Part shown: one piece after another, positions 10,274 through 19,964 of the stretch
Position numbering within the stretch: the first letter of the stretch is position 1
How the letters are laid out: every line of letters begins with the position of its first letter
From: Oceanispirochaeta sp.
GTDB taxonomy: Bacteria; Spirochaetota; Spirochaetia; DSM-2461
DNA length: 64,000 nucleotides
Reading direction: 5' to 3'
Assembly (NCBI GenBank): GCA_963666275.2
Contig: CAXXOA010000003.1
Coordinates: forward strand, 32,001 to 96,000
The notes under the pieces: model-generated
What the model was told of the DNA's origin: nothing
Database searches by the model: none
What the model saw: the letters and a program-made list of their open reading frames with translations, nothing else
Program-made: the position numbers and the translations under genes

Positions 10274-11508
10274 AGGGACTCTCCTTTATTGCTTGCCATA
10301 ATCTCAGTCAGTCCCTGAACCCTGTTGTCATACTGGGCTTCGGAAAAGTTCCGGGGGTCTGCCTGGTCTCCATCAAAGGACACCACAGGAATCTGGCATT
10401 CTTCGCCGATCTGACGTCTCATTTCGGGCATGAATCCGCTCCAGAGTTTGCAGGAACGGTTGGTATGGACCAGCAATCCCTCAGTACCTGTTTTTTTGGC
10501 AATACTGACACGTTTGTCTCTGGATTTTTCCAGATTAATGGAGTTGGGGACACTGCAGTAGGCCCGGACCAGTCCGTCAAAATCGTCATAGAGGAAGCCG
10601 AAAGCATCCGCATAAATCGTGGCTACCATGTTTATACCCCTCTCTTTCAAAGCGGTGGCGGTTGTTCTCAGGTGAGGCCAGCAGGCGATTCCTTCAAACA
10701 TGATTCTGTGCTTTTCTTCTGCTCTGAAGCTGCTTGTTCCCTCTTCCGCGGCTTTTTTCCACTCTTCAATAAGGGTTTCAAAGGCTTCGGCTGCCTCGAC
10801 TGTTCCCCTGGCGCATACGGCAACAGCCATATGGTTAAGAAGGACAAAACCGTTAAAAGGGGAGGGTTTGTACTTTGAATAGGATGTCGCTTCCAGCCAG
10901 GCCCGGGATGTCCTGTTGGAAATTTCCATGACTTCCCTGAATTTGTCGTCGCTCCAGGTTTTTCCCGTGATCTCTTCAAGCTGTTTTACCGCCGCAAGGA
11001 ACTGGGCTTTTACATATTCCACATAGGCATCTGATACCTCATAATCCGGATTAAAAGGTATATCTATGAGAATGAGAGGTATATCCAGTTCTTTGGATAT
11101 GTTCTCATACCACTTGATCATGGTATTGCAGATATTATTACAGCAGAGGAGAAAATCCGGCTGCGGCATATTCTGTTCGGGGACATCTTTTACCTTTGTA
11201 TAGGCCAGGCTTATACGGGCATAGGCGCAGATATCATTGGAATATCCGTCGGCTTCTGATATTTCGCATAACTTCTGACCGGCTCCTCTTGCGGCAATGG
11301 CCGCCGCCTGATTCTCGGGATAACAAACCTTGATACCAAGAGTCTGAAAGATCTCCTGGGGAAAGTTACTGGCACACCAGCCTATCTTCTCCCCCCTGTC
11401 TTTTGCCTCCTGGACTTCCCTGTAGTGCTTTTCCACAATCGCACCCAGCTTGTATTTCGCTGAATTCGGGTCCGGTGCAGGCCTCTTCTTTTTTATTTCT
11501 TCGGACAT
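10270..11508 (-). CDS. fldB: 2-hydroxyacyl-CoA dehydratase alpha subunit, phenyllactyl-CoA type
   Basis: GWCASNFPQE, YPEN, CCNNIC, NHMAVAVCARG, NRSCKLWSGF, FDGDQADPRNFSEAQ, closest in my recollection to FldB. Confidence 0.85.
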   Translation of the reverse strand: MSEEIKKKRPAPDPNSAKYKLGAIVEKHYREVQEAKDRGEKIGWCASNFPQEIFQTLGIKVCYPENQAAAIAARGAGQKLCEISEADGYSNDICAYARISLAYTKVKDVPEQNMPQPDFLLCCNNICNTMIKWYENISKELDIPLILIDIPFNPDYEVSDAYVEYVKAQFLAAVKQLEEITGKTWSDDKFREVMEISNRTSRAWLEATSYSKYKPSPFNGFVLLNHMAVAVCARGTVEAAEAFETLIEEWKKAAEEGTSSFRAEEKHRIMFEGIACWPHLRTTATALKERGINMVATIYADAFGFLYDDFDGLVRAYCSVPNSINLEKSRDKRVSIAKKTGTEGLLVHTNRSCKLWSGFMPEMRRQIGEECQIPVVSFDGDQADPRNFSEAQYDNRVQGLTEIMASNKGESL

Positions 11509-11519
11509 AAAATCCTCCT

Positions 11520-12293
11520 TTAAAGATTTTCCTTGTATGCATAGAGAGCCGCTCCCAGGGCTCCGGAAACCTGGGCGTAGGGAGAATGAATTATACTTAC
11601 GCCTAACGCTCTTTCCAGTGCCGTTCTGACTCCACCGTTCCGGGCGACACCGCCGCTCATATAGACCTTCTCTCTGACTCCCGCTCTTTTCGCCTGGGCT
11701 GCGACCCTCAGGGCGACGGATTCACAAATTCCGGCAACCAGATCTGTCATGGGAATGCCTCTTGCCAGTTGGGATATCACCTCAGATTCGGCAAAGACTG
11801 TGCAGGTATTGGAAATGGCCGCAGGAACTTCCGCCAGCAGACAGAGATCTGCCATATCATCAATCTCTATCTGGAGAATCCTCGCCATGACTTCCAGAAA
11901 CCGTCCTGTTCCTGCTGCGCACTTATCATTCATGATGAAGTTCTGCATTCTGCCGTTTTCATCCAGTACCAGAACCTTTGCGTCCTGGCCTCCAATGTCA
12001 ATAACTGTTCTGACACCGGGCAGAATAAAACTGCCACCCAGGGCATGGCAGGTGAGCTCGCTGATCCTGGCATCTGCTTTTTGAAAATTGTTTCTCCCGT
12101 ACCCTGTGACAACAGAAGCACTAATATCCTTTTCATCCAGTCCGGAAAGGCCTATGACTTCGTCTATGGCTTTCTGGGGTCCCTGTGTTCCTATTCCCGA
12201 GGGAACCACAACACTGGAGAGAATCCTGTCGCCCCGGTCAAGAATGACTGCCTTGGATGTGGTGGATCCAATGTCTATGCCCAATGTCTTCAC
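11520..12293 (-). CDS. fldI: ATP-dependent dehydratase activator (ASKHA, [4Fe-4S])
   Basis: GIDIGSTTSK, TGYGR, DIGGQDAK, MNDKCAAGTGRF, CTVFAESE; GTG start. Confidence 0.92.
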   Translation of the reverse strand: MKTLGIDIGSTTSKAVILDRGDRILSSVVVPSGIGTQGPQKAIDEVIGLSGLDEKDISASVVTGYGRNNFQKADARISELTCHALGGSFILPGVRTVIDIGGQDAKVLVLDENGRMQNFIMNDKCAAGTGRFLEVMARILQIEIDDMADLCLLAEVPAAISNTCTVFAESEVISQLARGIPMTDLVAGICESVALRVAAQAKRAGVREKVYMSGGVARNGGVRTALERALGVSIIHSPYAQVSGALGAALYAYKENL

Positions 12294-12345
12294 TCATGAA
12301 CTTCCTTTTATTTATCGTTTTGTAAAAAAAGTATACGTAGACAAC

Positions 12346-12356
12346 TGGTAATACCA
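12346..12356. promoter_or_regulatory. Putative FadR-subfamily operator TGGT-aat-ACCA
   Basis: Perfect TGGT-N3-ACCA dyad in the fldI/ligase divergent promoter region. Confidence 0.55.
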
Positions 12357-12443
12357 CATGATATCTATGGGTTTTTGGAATTGTCAATGAATTTTTCAGG
12401 TAAAATTAATAGTTGACTTAGTATACTAGGTGATTTAGCATGA

Positions 12444-14090
12444 ATGTCAAAATCAACAGGCAGATCTATGGAAAAACTGAAGCAGATTACCCTTGGGGAA
12501 AGTTTAAAGATTATCTCGTGCAAATATCCGGAACGGAAGGCTGTCGAGGAGTGTCATGACTCTCTGACCTATCGGGAACTGGATTTTCTCTCAGATTGTA
12601 TTGCCGCAAATCTTACAGGTATGGGAGTTCACAAGGGGGAACGGTTCCTTCTCTGGTCAGATAACTCCCTGAGGAGCATTGTCTTTTTTTATGCTCTGCA
12701 GAAAATAGGGGCCATCCCCGTCTTCTCCAGCCACAGAAGCCTGGCGGATGAGCTGATACAGCAGATCGAAACAGCGGAAGTACAGTATTTTGCCGCCGGG
12801 GAAGGGGAGTTCTCTCTTCCCCCGGAGGCTATGATCCGGACCATCCGGGGAAAAAAGGGCTTGGGGATCAGACACTATTTCTCCCTGGGAAAGTTCCCGC
12901 TGAAGGGTACTGCTGGATTCTCTTCTCTGATCAGAGAGCCGGATCCGCAGAGCATAGCAGCTTTTGCCGCCATGTCTGCTTCCGTGATTCCCGAGGATAC
13001 ATCCATGATCCTGTTTACCTCAGGAACCACCGGGGAACCAAAGGCGGTTATGACAAGCCATTTCTCCCGTTATAACAACGGTTTCCTTCAGGCCCGGGAT
13101 CTGGATGCCACGGAAGGGGATAAATTCTGTGCAGTACTGCCAGTATTCCACTGTTTCGGTATCAGCACCAATGTAATCGCCGCCATGTCTGTAGGGGCCT
13201 GCCTCCATTTAACAAGCGGGAGAAGCTCTGTGAGAGTTCTGGAATCCATTCAGGACTCCCGATGCACAATTCTCAATGCGGTACCCACTATTTTTCATAA
13301 GCTGATTACCTGCAATTCTCTGGATCAGTATGATATTTCCAGTCTCCGAACAGGGTTCATCGGAGGGGCGGGATGCCCTGTCCGATATTTCAGGGAGTTC
13401 GAACGGAAACTGGGATTGACGCTCCTGTCCAGCCTGGGAATGACCGAAACCACTGCGGGAATTACTGTCAGCCGTCCCGGCGATTCCATTGAACTGCGCG
13501 CTTCCACCGTCGGCAGGTTTATGGAGGGGGTAGAAGGTCAAATCCAGGATCCTCTTTCGAGACAGCCTGTGGGAATAAGGGTGATCGGGGAAATCTGTGT
13601 CCGGGGATATATGGTCATGCAGGGGTATTATAACAATCCCGGGCAGACCGCCCGTGTTATTGATGAAAAGGGCTGGCTGCATACGGGAGATCTGGGATAT
13701 CTTGATGAAAGCGGATATCTTCATCTGAAGGGTAGATTGAAGGAGCTTGTAATCAAAGGGGGCGAAAATATTTCACCCCGTGAGATTGAACGGGTTCTCC
13801 TCAATCATGATAAAGTACAGGATGCAAAGGTATTAGGTGTTCCCGATCCGCACTACGGCGAGGAAATATTTGCCTTTGTAGTGCCTGAAAAAAATTCTGC
13901 TGTTACCCTTAATGAACTGAATCAGTACTGCCGGGAAAGGCTTATTAAATTCAAAGTCCCCAGGTACATTGTTTTTGTTCAGGATCTGCCGAGAAATCCA
14001 AACGGTAAAGTCCTTCTGCAGGAACTGGAAAAAAAGGCTCTCTTTTTTCTTGAATCCGCCACAAGGGAAAAGGCCCGGTACTACGAATGA
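12444..14090 (+). CDS. Acyl/aryl-CoA ligase (AMP-binding), FldL-like by context; start may be ATG 12468
   Basis: FTSGTTGEPK, GMTET, WLHTGDLG, GGENISPREIE, PRNPNGK. Confidence 0.9.
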   Translation: MSKSTGRSMEKLKQITLGESLKIISCKYPERKAVEECHDSLTYRELDFLSDCIAANLTGMGVHKGERFLLWSDNSLRSIVFFYALQKIGAIPVFSSHRSLADELIQQIETAEVQYFAAGEGEFSLPPEAMIRTIRGKKGLGIRHYFSLGKFPLKGTAGFSSLIREPDPQSIAAFAAMSASVIPEDTSMILFTSGTTGEPKAVMTSHFSRYNNGFLQARDLDATEGDKFCAVLPVFHCFGISTNVIAAMSVGACLHLTSGRSSVRVLESIQDSRCTILNAVPTIFHKLITCNSLDQYDISSLRTGFIGGAGCPVRYFREFERKLGLTLLSSLGMTETTAGITVSRPGDSIELRASTVGRFMEGVEGQIQDPLSRQPVGIRVIGEICVRGYMVMQGYYNNPGQTARVIDEKGWLHTGDLGYLDESGYLHLKGRLKELVIKGGENISPREIERVLLNHDKVQDAKVLGVPDPHYGEEIFAFVVPEKNSAVTLNELNQYCRERLIKFKVPRYIVFVQDLPRNPNGKVLLQELEKKALFFLESATREKARYYE

Positions 14091-14187
14091 CTCTCCATCT
14101 CATTAAGAGGGCCTTTCCCTGCGGCCATACCGGGTAAACTGGCCTATCTCATGACTCTTTCCAGTTTTTTTCGTTAGAATCTCTGTA

Positions 14188-14216
14188 TTGACATTCCCAT
14201 AGACCGAACCTATTAT
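14188..14216 (+). promoter_or_regulatory. sigma70-type promoter TTGACA-N17-TATTAT
   Basis: Near-consensus hexamers 32 bp upstream of the GntR GTG. Confidence 0.6.
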
Positions 14217-14248
14217 CAAATTATTCGCATCCCAAAAAGGCAAATCCA

Positions 14249-14980
14249 GTGTTTGATAAAGTCAGAGGCAATAAAATTTCAAGTGAAATTATCTCTCAGA
14301 TCAGGAGTATGATCTTCAGGGGCAAACTCTCCCCGGGAGATAGGCTGCCCTCGGAACATCTGCTGACAGAGCAGTTCAATGTCAGCCGTCAGACCCTCAG
14401 AGAAGCACTCCGGGCACTGGAATTTATCGGACTCATCGAGATAAAGAAGGGGGCCACAGGCGGTCCCTGTATTGCCGAAGTTGACAGTGAAATTCCCCAG
14501 GAGATGCTGGCGAATTTTCTCTATTTCAAGAATCTTACTGTCAATCAGGTTTGTGATTTCAGAAAAACCATCGAACCCACAGCGGCAAGGATGGCTGCTG
14601 ATCTGATCAGTGAAGAGCAGCTGGAGGAACTCAGAAAGATTGTTGAGTCATCCAGGACACTGGATATGCAGAATCCGGCTATCTGGGAGTCAGGCGTTTA
14701 TGATCTGAGTTTTCACCGTCTGATCGGGCAGGCGACGCAGAATCCGATTTTCATCATTATCATTGATTTTCTGGAAAATGTGATGGAGGAACTCAAGGTC
14801 AATCACATCATAAAATCCGAAGAGTACGAGCAGATCTTTCAGACTCATGAGGATATTTATAAGGCTCTTAAAGAGCGCAATGCCGATCTGGCTTCCAGGC
14901 TTATGTATGATCATATCGAGTCTGTTCAGTTTTACCTGCGTGCTGTCGGGGAATCGGGAGTCTGGACTCATCCTGTATAA
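14249..14980 (+). CDS. GntR/FadR-family regulator
   Basis: GDRLPSE...VSRQTLREAL; FCD domain DLSFH. Confidence 0.92.
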   Translation: MFDKVRGNKISSEIISQIRSMIFRGKLSPGDRLPSEHLLTEQFNVSRQTLREALRALEFIGLIEIKKGATGGPCIAEVDSEIPQEMLANFLYFKNLTVNQVCDFRKTIEPTAARMAADLISEEQLEELRKIVESSRTLDMQNPAIWESGVYDLSFHRLIGQATQNPIFIIIIDFLENVMEELKVNHIIKSEEYEQIFQTHEDIYKALKERNADLASRLMYDHIESVQFYLRAVGESGVWTHPV

Positions 14981-15056
14981 AGGCTCTTTTCTCTCAGTTT
15001 TTTAAGAACTCATCCCAACACTATTTTTTTCATTATCTCTGGCTTAATTTGGAACT

Positions 15057-15081
15057 CCTGTCTGTGTACAGGTTTTTTTTT
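15057..15081 (+). terminator. Probable intrinsic terminator
   Basis: cctgt-ctgtgt-acagg followed by T9. Confidence 0.5.
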
Positions 15082-15119
15082 ATGCTTCAAAAAAATTGGC
15101 CGAATACATTCGATTAAAT

Positions 15120-15148
15120 TTGACAGTTGAAAAAAGTAGTGCAATAAT
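15120..15148 (+). promoter_or_regulatory. sigma70-type promoter TTGACA-N17-AATAAT
   Basis: Consensus -35, extended-TG -10, AAGGAGG RBS before TTG 15194. Confidence 0.55.
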
Positions 15149-15193
15149 TGCAAACATTGTAAATATTGCGAATTTTGAAAGGAGGCCAAAACT

Positions 15194-16666
15194 TTGGAAA
15201 GCCTGAAAGAAAAATTTATTGGAATCCTGGGCTCTCAAAACGTCATTGATAGTCCGGAAGTCCTTGAAAGCTATTCATCAGACCACAGTTTCACAAAAGC
15301 TATGAAACCGAGGCTGGTTGTAAAACCGAAAGACGCCGCACAGGTTCAGGAAATCGTGAAGCTGGCAAATACTACGGGCACCACCCTGGTTCCGGTGAGT
15401 TCAGGAGCTCCCCATTTCAAGGGAGATACCGTTCCCGGTGTCCCGGGAGCCGTTATCGTTGATTTAAGCGGGATGAACAAAATCATCAGCATCAATCGCC
15501 AGCAGAGAATGGCAGTCGTTGAACCTGGTGTTACCTATGATCAGCTTCAGAAGGCTCTGGCGGAAGAGGGACTGACTCTTGCCACTTCCATCAGACCCAG
15601 GGGGACAAAATCAGTTCTCACCAGTGTTCTGGAAATGGAGCCCAGACTGAACTGTGTTCATCAGTTCAATTACACCGAACCCCTCCGCTGCAGCGAAGTA
15701 ACCTTCGGTGACGGAAATCAGATCTTTACAGGAGAGGCCGGTAACGCACCCAAAGATCTGGAAAAACAGTGGGAGCTGGAAAAATGGCAGGTAAATTCAA
15801 ACGGCCCCAACATGATGGACCTTGTCAGGATGGTAATGCAGGCTCAGGGAAGTATGGGAATCGTAACCTGGGTGTCCCTGAAGTGCGAACTTCTCCCCTC
15901 AATCCATAAAATGTATCTTGTTCCTGCCAGAAAATCTGTTGATCTGGAGGACTTTGTCTACAAAACAATCCGTGTCAGATTCAGCGATAAACTTTACGTC
16001 ATGAACAAAGCCTACATGGCCAGCCTCATGGCTGATACGAAAGAAGACGTTGCCAGACTCAAATCCGAACTTCCCGCCTGGGTTGCCCCGGTTGGAATCT
16101 CTGGAGATATTCTTCTGCCGGAAATGAAAGTCAGCGCTCAGGAAGAGGATATTGCCGATTTTGCCCAGGAATGCGGTCTGCAGTTTCTGTCCAGTGTTCC
16201 CGGAGCTACGGGAGATCAGGTTCTTGCTAAATCTATCGGCACTTCTAAGGGGACCTACTGGAAAGAGACCTATAAAGGGGCTTTTCAGGATATTTTCTTT
16301 ATAACGACCCTGGATAAAACGTCCCAATTCATCAATGCCATGTACGATATGGCCATTGACGCGGGATACCCCACCGATGATATCGGTGTCTATATCCAGC
16401 CCCAGCATATGGGTACTTCTGTTCATATGGAATTTTCATTCCCCTATGATCCTGCCAGCAAGAAAGAAGCAAAAATGGTGAAGGATCTCTATGAGCAGGG
16501 AAGCCGTGAGATGTCCAGACTCGGAGCTTACTATGCCAGACCCTATGACATATGGTCCACAATCCAGCTGAATAAAGATGCCCAATCATACAAGCTGTTG
16601 CAGGATCTGAAAGGAATCTTCGATCCCAACAACATCATGAACACCGGCAAGCTCACAGTAAAATAA
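15194..16666 (+). CDS. FAD-binding oxidoreductase (VAO/PCMH - GlcD/GlcE fold), subunit 1
   Basis: FAD_binding_4 pattern (VVKP...VQEIVK...P.SSG, VDLSGMN, VEPGVT), GSMGIVT, C-terminal FDPNNIMNTGK. Confidence 0.85.
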   Translation: MESLKEKFIGILGSQNVIDSPEVLESYSSDHSFTKAMKPRLVVKPKDAAQVQEIVKLANTTGTTLVPVSSGAPHFKGDTVPGVPGAVIVDLSGMNKIISINRQQRMAVVEPGVTYDQLQKALAEEGLTLATSIRPRGTKSVLTSVLEMEPRLNCVHQFNYTEPLRCSEVTFGDGNQIFTGEAGNAPKDLEKQWELEKWQVNSNGPNMMDLVRMVMQAQGSMGIVTWVSLKCELLPSIHKMYLVPARKSVDLEDFVYKTIRVRFSDKLYVMNKAYMASLMADTKEDVARLKSELPAWVAPVGISGDILLPEMKVSAQEEDIADFAQECGLQFLSSVPGATGDQVLAKSIGTSKGTYWKETYKGAFQDIFFITTLDKTSQFINAMYDMAIDAGYPTDDIGVYIQPQHMGTSVHMEFSFPYDPASKKEAKMVKDLYEQGSREMSRLGAYYARPYDIWSTIQLNKDAQSYKLLQDLKGIFDPNNIMNTGKLTVK

Positions 16667-16690
16667 ATATTGAAACGGAGGAAAGAAAGC

Positions 16691-17965
16691 ATGGCTTTAA
16701 AAGATTTAAGACCCATGATGGAACGGTGCAGCAGCTGCGCTGGCTGTAAATTCATTCCATTTGAAAAAATAAAAAGCTTAAGATTTGCGGAAAACTGTCC
16801 CAGTATAGGTTATTACAATTTTACAACCTATTCTGCCAGAGGCCGTTTCCAGCTGAGCCAGAGTATTCTGGACGGTAGAACAGATCTTAATGACACGGTA
16901 ACCGAGACAATTCACTCCTGTACTTCCTGCGGACTTTGTGATGTGACATGTAAGGTAACAAGATACAATCTGGAACCCCTGGAACACAACATTGCTCTGA
17001 AAGCTCACGCTGTAAAGGAAGGCGCTGTCCTTCCCGGTCAGAAAGCTGTTATGGACAATCTTGCAAAAGAAAACAGCATGATCCCCGGAACAAAGAAATC
17101 CGGCAGAACCGACTGGGCCAAAGGCTTGAAAATGAAAGATCTTTTCAAGGAAAAAGGCGAAGTGGCATTCTTTGCGGGATGTAAATACAGCTATGACAGC
17201 AAGCTTCAGAAAGTGGCTCAGGATGCTGTTCGAGTCCTTCAGAGTGCCGGTGTGGATCTGGGATACCTGGGATCAGCCGACAACTGCTGTACCGGCCGGG
17301 CCAAGCAGATGGGATTTGTGGATGAGTTTGAAAAAGGTGCCAACACCAACATCAAAGCCTTCGAAAAGGCCGGTGTTAAAACCATCGTAACCCCCTGTTC
17401 CGACTGCTACCATACCTTCAAAAGAGAGTATGCCGCTCTGGGAATGGATGTTGAAGTTCTGCACGTTGTTGAATACATCGACAGGCTGATCAAAGAAGGC
17501 AAGATCAAATTCACCAAGTCCATCCCCATGACCGTGACCTACCATGATCCCTGTCACCTGGGACGACTGGGTGAGAAACATGAACCATGGGAAGGAACTG
17601 ACAAGAAGATTTTCAATCAGGTCCATATCTATGAACCCAGAAAACCCCGGTACAACGGAATCGACGGGATCTATGATGCTCCCAGAAATATCCTGGAAGC
17701 CATCCCTGGTGTGAAACTGACTGAAATGGAAAGGATCCGGGAGTACTCCTGGTGCTGCGGTGCCGGTGGCGGATGCAGCGAAACCCTTCCCGAGTATTCA
17801 TCCTGGACCGCTGGAGAGAGAGTTGCCGAAGCCAATGCGACAGGTGCTGATGCTATGGTCACAGCCTGTCCCTGGTGTAAAGACAACTTTATGAAAGCGG
17901 AAGATGAAGATGGCAACACCATTGAAGTCATGGACATCATCGAACTTGTCCAGCAGGCACTTTAA
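16691..17965 (+). CDS. Fe-S oxidoreductase with ferredoxin-like and two CCG domains (GlcF/HdrD-like)
   Basis: CSSCAGC, CTSCGLCDVTC, FAGC, CCTG, YHDPCHLGR, CCGAGGG, TACPWC; ATG 16691 follows GGAGG. Confidence 0.9.
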   Translation: MALKDLRPMMERCSSCAGCKFIPFEKIKSLRFAENCPSIGYYNFTTYSARGRFQLSQSILDGRTDLNDTVTETIHSCTSCGLCDVTCKVTRYNLEPLEHNIALKAHAVKEGAVLPGQKAVMDNLAKENSMIPGTKKSGRTDWAKGLKMKDLFKEKGEVAFFAGCKYSYDSKLQKVAQDAVRVLQSAGVDLGYLGSADNCCTGRAKQMGFVDEFEKGANTNIKAFEKAGVKTIVTPCSDCYHTFKREYAALGMDVEVLHVVEYIDRLIKEGKIKFTKSIPMTVTYHDPCHLGRLGEKHEPWEGTDKKIFNQVHIYEPRKPRYNGIDGIYDAPRNILEAIPGVKLTEMERIREYSWCCGAGGGCSETLPEYSSWTAGERVAEANATGADAMVTACPWCKDNFMKAEDEDGNTIEVMDIIELVQQAL

Positions 17966-17980
17966 GGAAGGAGGAAAAAT

Positions 17981-19645
17981 ATGGCTTTATCAAGAGAAAT
18001 ATACCAGGCCCTTGAAGACGTAGTAGGAAAGAAAAATATTTCCGAAGACATCGGGGTTTGCGAAACATACAGAAGTATTCCCTCTCAGACTTCGGCCCAC
18101 TACGGACCTTCAAAAGAGTGGACACCTCTTCCCCAGGCGGTTGTACTGCCCGGAAGTACGGAAGAAGTTCAGAGTATTGTTAAAATCTGTAACAAATACG
18201 GAATTGAATTCAAAGCGGGATCTACCTTCTGGGCTACCATGGCCTATATCGGTGGAGACAACGCCATTCAGCTGGATATGCGCCGCATGAAAAGCGTTGA
18301 AATTGACGTGAAAAATATGCACGCTGTGGTTGAACCCTTCGCTATTGCCGCAACCGTTCAGGCTGAAGCCATGAAGGTTGGACTGAACCTGAATATTCCC
18401 GGTGTAGGATGCAGCAGCTCCGTACTGGCCAGCAGTTCCGGATGGGCCGGATTCGGTCCTGCCTCGATCTTCATGGGTGCCAACCCCGAAAACCTCCTCG
18501 GAGCCGAATGGGTGCTCCCTAACGGAGAAATCATCAGAACCGGTTCTCTCGGTTCGGGTGACGGATGGTTCTGCGGTGAAGGCCCCGGACCCAGTACCAG
18601 AGGTATCCTGAGAGGGATCTTCGGCCCTGCCGGTGCGATGGGTGTCTGTACCAAACTCGCGACAAGACTTCACCCCTGGCCCGGTCCCAAAGAGTTCAAA
18701 ACCTACGGAAAGGCTCCCGCCTACAAAGCGGACTTCGGGGATAACTTTAAATGCTATACCCTCTGCTACCCCAGCTGGGAAGCCTGGGCAAGGAGTGTAC
18801 AGTATTTCCACGAAAGTGATGTCCTGTACATCGGTCATAGACAGTTCAACATGTTCGGAAGAAACCTCAAAGCTTTTATGCTGAACATCATTACTGACGA
18901 AACCAAACAGCTTTCCGATCTGCCTGAGCTTCTGAAAGATCCTGAAATCCAGAAACACAATGACAATATGAAGCTTGACTATCAGGTTGTTATTGCGGGA
19001 ATGACTCCCCGGGATATGGAGTATAAGGAAAAGGCCATCGATTACATCCTGGAACAGACCGGCGGATGGAAGCATGAAATGATGCTGGAGAAAGATAAGC
19101 ATGACTACGCTCTGGCCTACATGACAAGACTGGGACACAAGAACCTGAACTTCGTTATGTGCGGTGCCTACGAAGGTACATTTGGTCTTTCCGGAAACGT
19201 ATGGAAAACCATTCAGGTTGTTGAAGAAGCGTCTGCACAGAAAAGAAAATGGGAAACAGAAGAGACCTGTATTGCCGCTACCGGTGGTGACTCCGCCATG
19301 GGGGGTGTCTCCGGAATGGGGGGAGGAGGAGCCACCGGTTGGGAATTCTTTACCAACTTCGACTCCTACTATCCCAAGTCTGTGGAAGGCACCTGTAAAA
19401 TGGTGGATGAAAACCAGCAGTTCCACAACAAGTATTCCTTCGGTCCTGATTTCTGCCGCTGGAATTCGGATGTCCGTCATATGAACGGTTACAACTACAC
19501 TCAGGAGGAACACGATGATATTTTCAAAAATGCTCCCCAGCCCTGGGTATTTGCCTACCAGTATAAAATCCGTCAGGCTGTGAATCCCAACAACCTCTGC
19601 GGAAGCTATCTGAGAACTCTCACTCCCGAAAAGATAACGGGATAG
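17981..19645 (+). CDS. FAD-binding oxidoreductase (VAO/PCMH fold), subunit 2
   Basis: AVVLPGSTEEVQ.IVK.CN, LLGAEWVLPNGEI.RTGS, GAMGVCTK; AGGAGG RBS. Confidence 0.85.
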   Translation: MALSREIYQALEDVVGKKNISEDIGVCETYRSIPSQTSAHYGPSKEWTPLPQAVVLPGSTEEVQSIVKICNKYGIEFKAGSTFWATMAYIGGDNAIQLDMRRMKSVEIDVKNMHAVVEPFAIAATVQAEAMKVGLNLNIPGVGCSSSVLASSSGWAGFGPASIFMGANPENLLGAEWVLPNGEIIRTGSLGSGDGWFCGEGPGPSTRGILRGIFGPAGAMGVCTKLATRLHPWPGPKEFKTYGKAPAYKADFGDNFKCYTLCYPSWEAWARSVQYFHESDVLYIGHRQFNMFGRNLKAFMLNIITDETKQLSDLPELLKDPEIQKHNDNMKLDYQVVIAGMTPRDMEYKEKAIDYILEQTGGWKHEMMLEKDKHDYALAYMTRLGHKNLNFVMCGAYEGTFGLSGNVWKTIQVVEEASAQKRKWETEETCIAATGGDSAMGGVSGMGGGGATGWEFFTNFDSYYPKSVEGTCKMVDENQQFHNKYSFGPDFCRWNSDVRHMNGYNYTQEEHDDIFKNAPQPWVFAYQYKIRQAVNPNNLCGSYLRTLTPEKITG

Positions 19646-19695
19646 TAAAAGGTAATTTGCAGGGACTATCCTCTGCATAGTAATTGTGTTGCTCT

Positions 19696-19732
19696 GCAGC
19701 AGCCGATTGATCATCGGCTGCTGCGTCTTTTT
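19696..19732 (+). terminator. Intrinsic terminator of the FAD/Fe-S operon
   Basis: 12-bp stem gcagcagccgat/atcggctgctgc followed by a T-rich tail. Confidence 0.75.
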
Positions 19733-19905
19733 GTGTGATAGGAGCGTCAAAGCAATGAGCTCCGATTCTCAATTCAATCCATCTGCTGCCGGCCTTAAAT
19801 CTGATATAAGAGTCATTCATATTCTTTCTGGGGGATAGCCGTTATGCGGAGTCTGTATATCAGTGCGAATTCTTTTTTAAAAATTATGTATACCTAAAAT
19901 CTTGC

Positions 19906-19938
19906 TTGACATCCGGAGATTCCAATTTATACTGGAAT
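19906..19938 (+). promoter_or_regulatory. Promoter TTGACA-N16-TATACT with overlapping dyad attcca-N8-tggaat (putative TetR operator)
   Basis: Hexamers at 19906 and 19928; dyad 19919-19938 straddles the -10. Confidence 0.5.
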
Positions 19939-19964
19939 TTCAGGAGACAAAAAAGGGGGAAACT

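Noticed and set aside
18110..19750. 546-aa antisense ORF
   Set aside because: Mirror of the FAD oxidoreductase gene with no recognisable motif; explained by codon bias on the sense strand.
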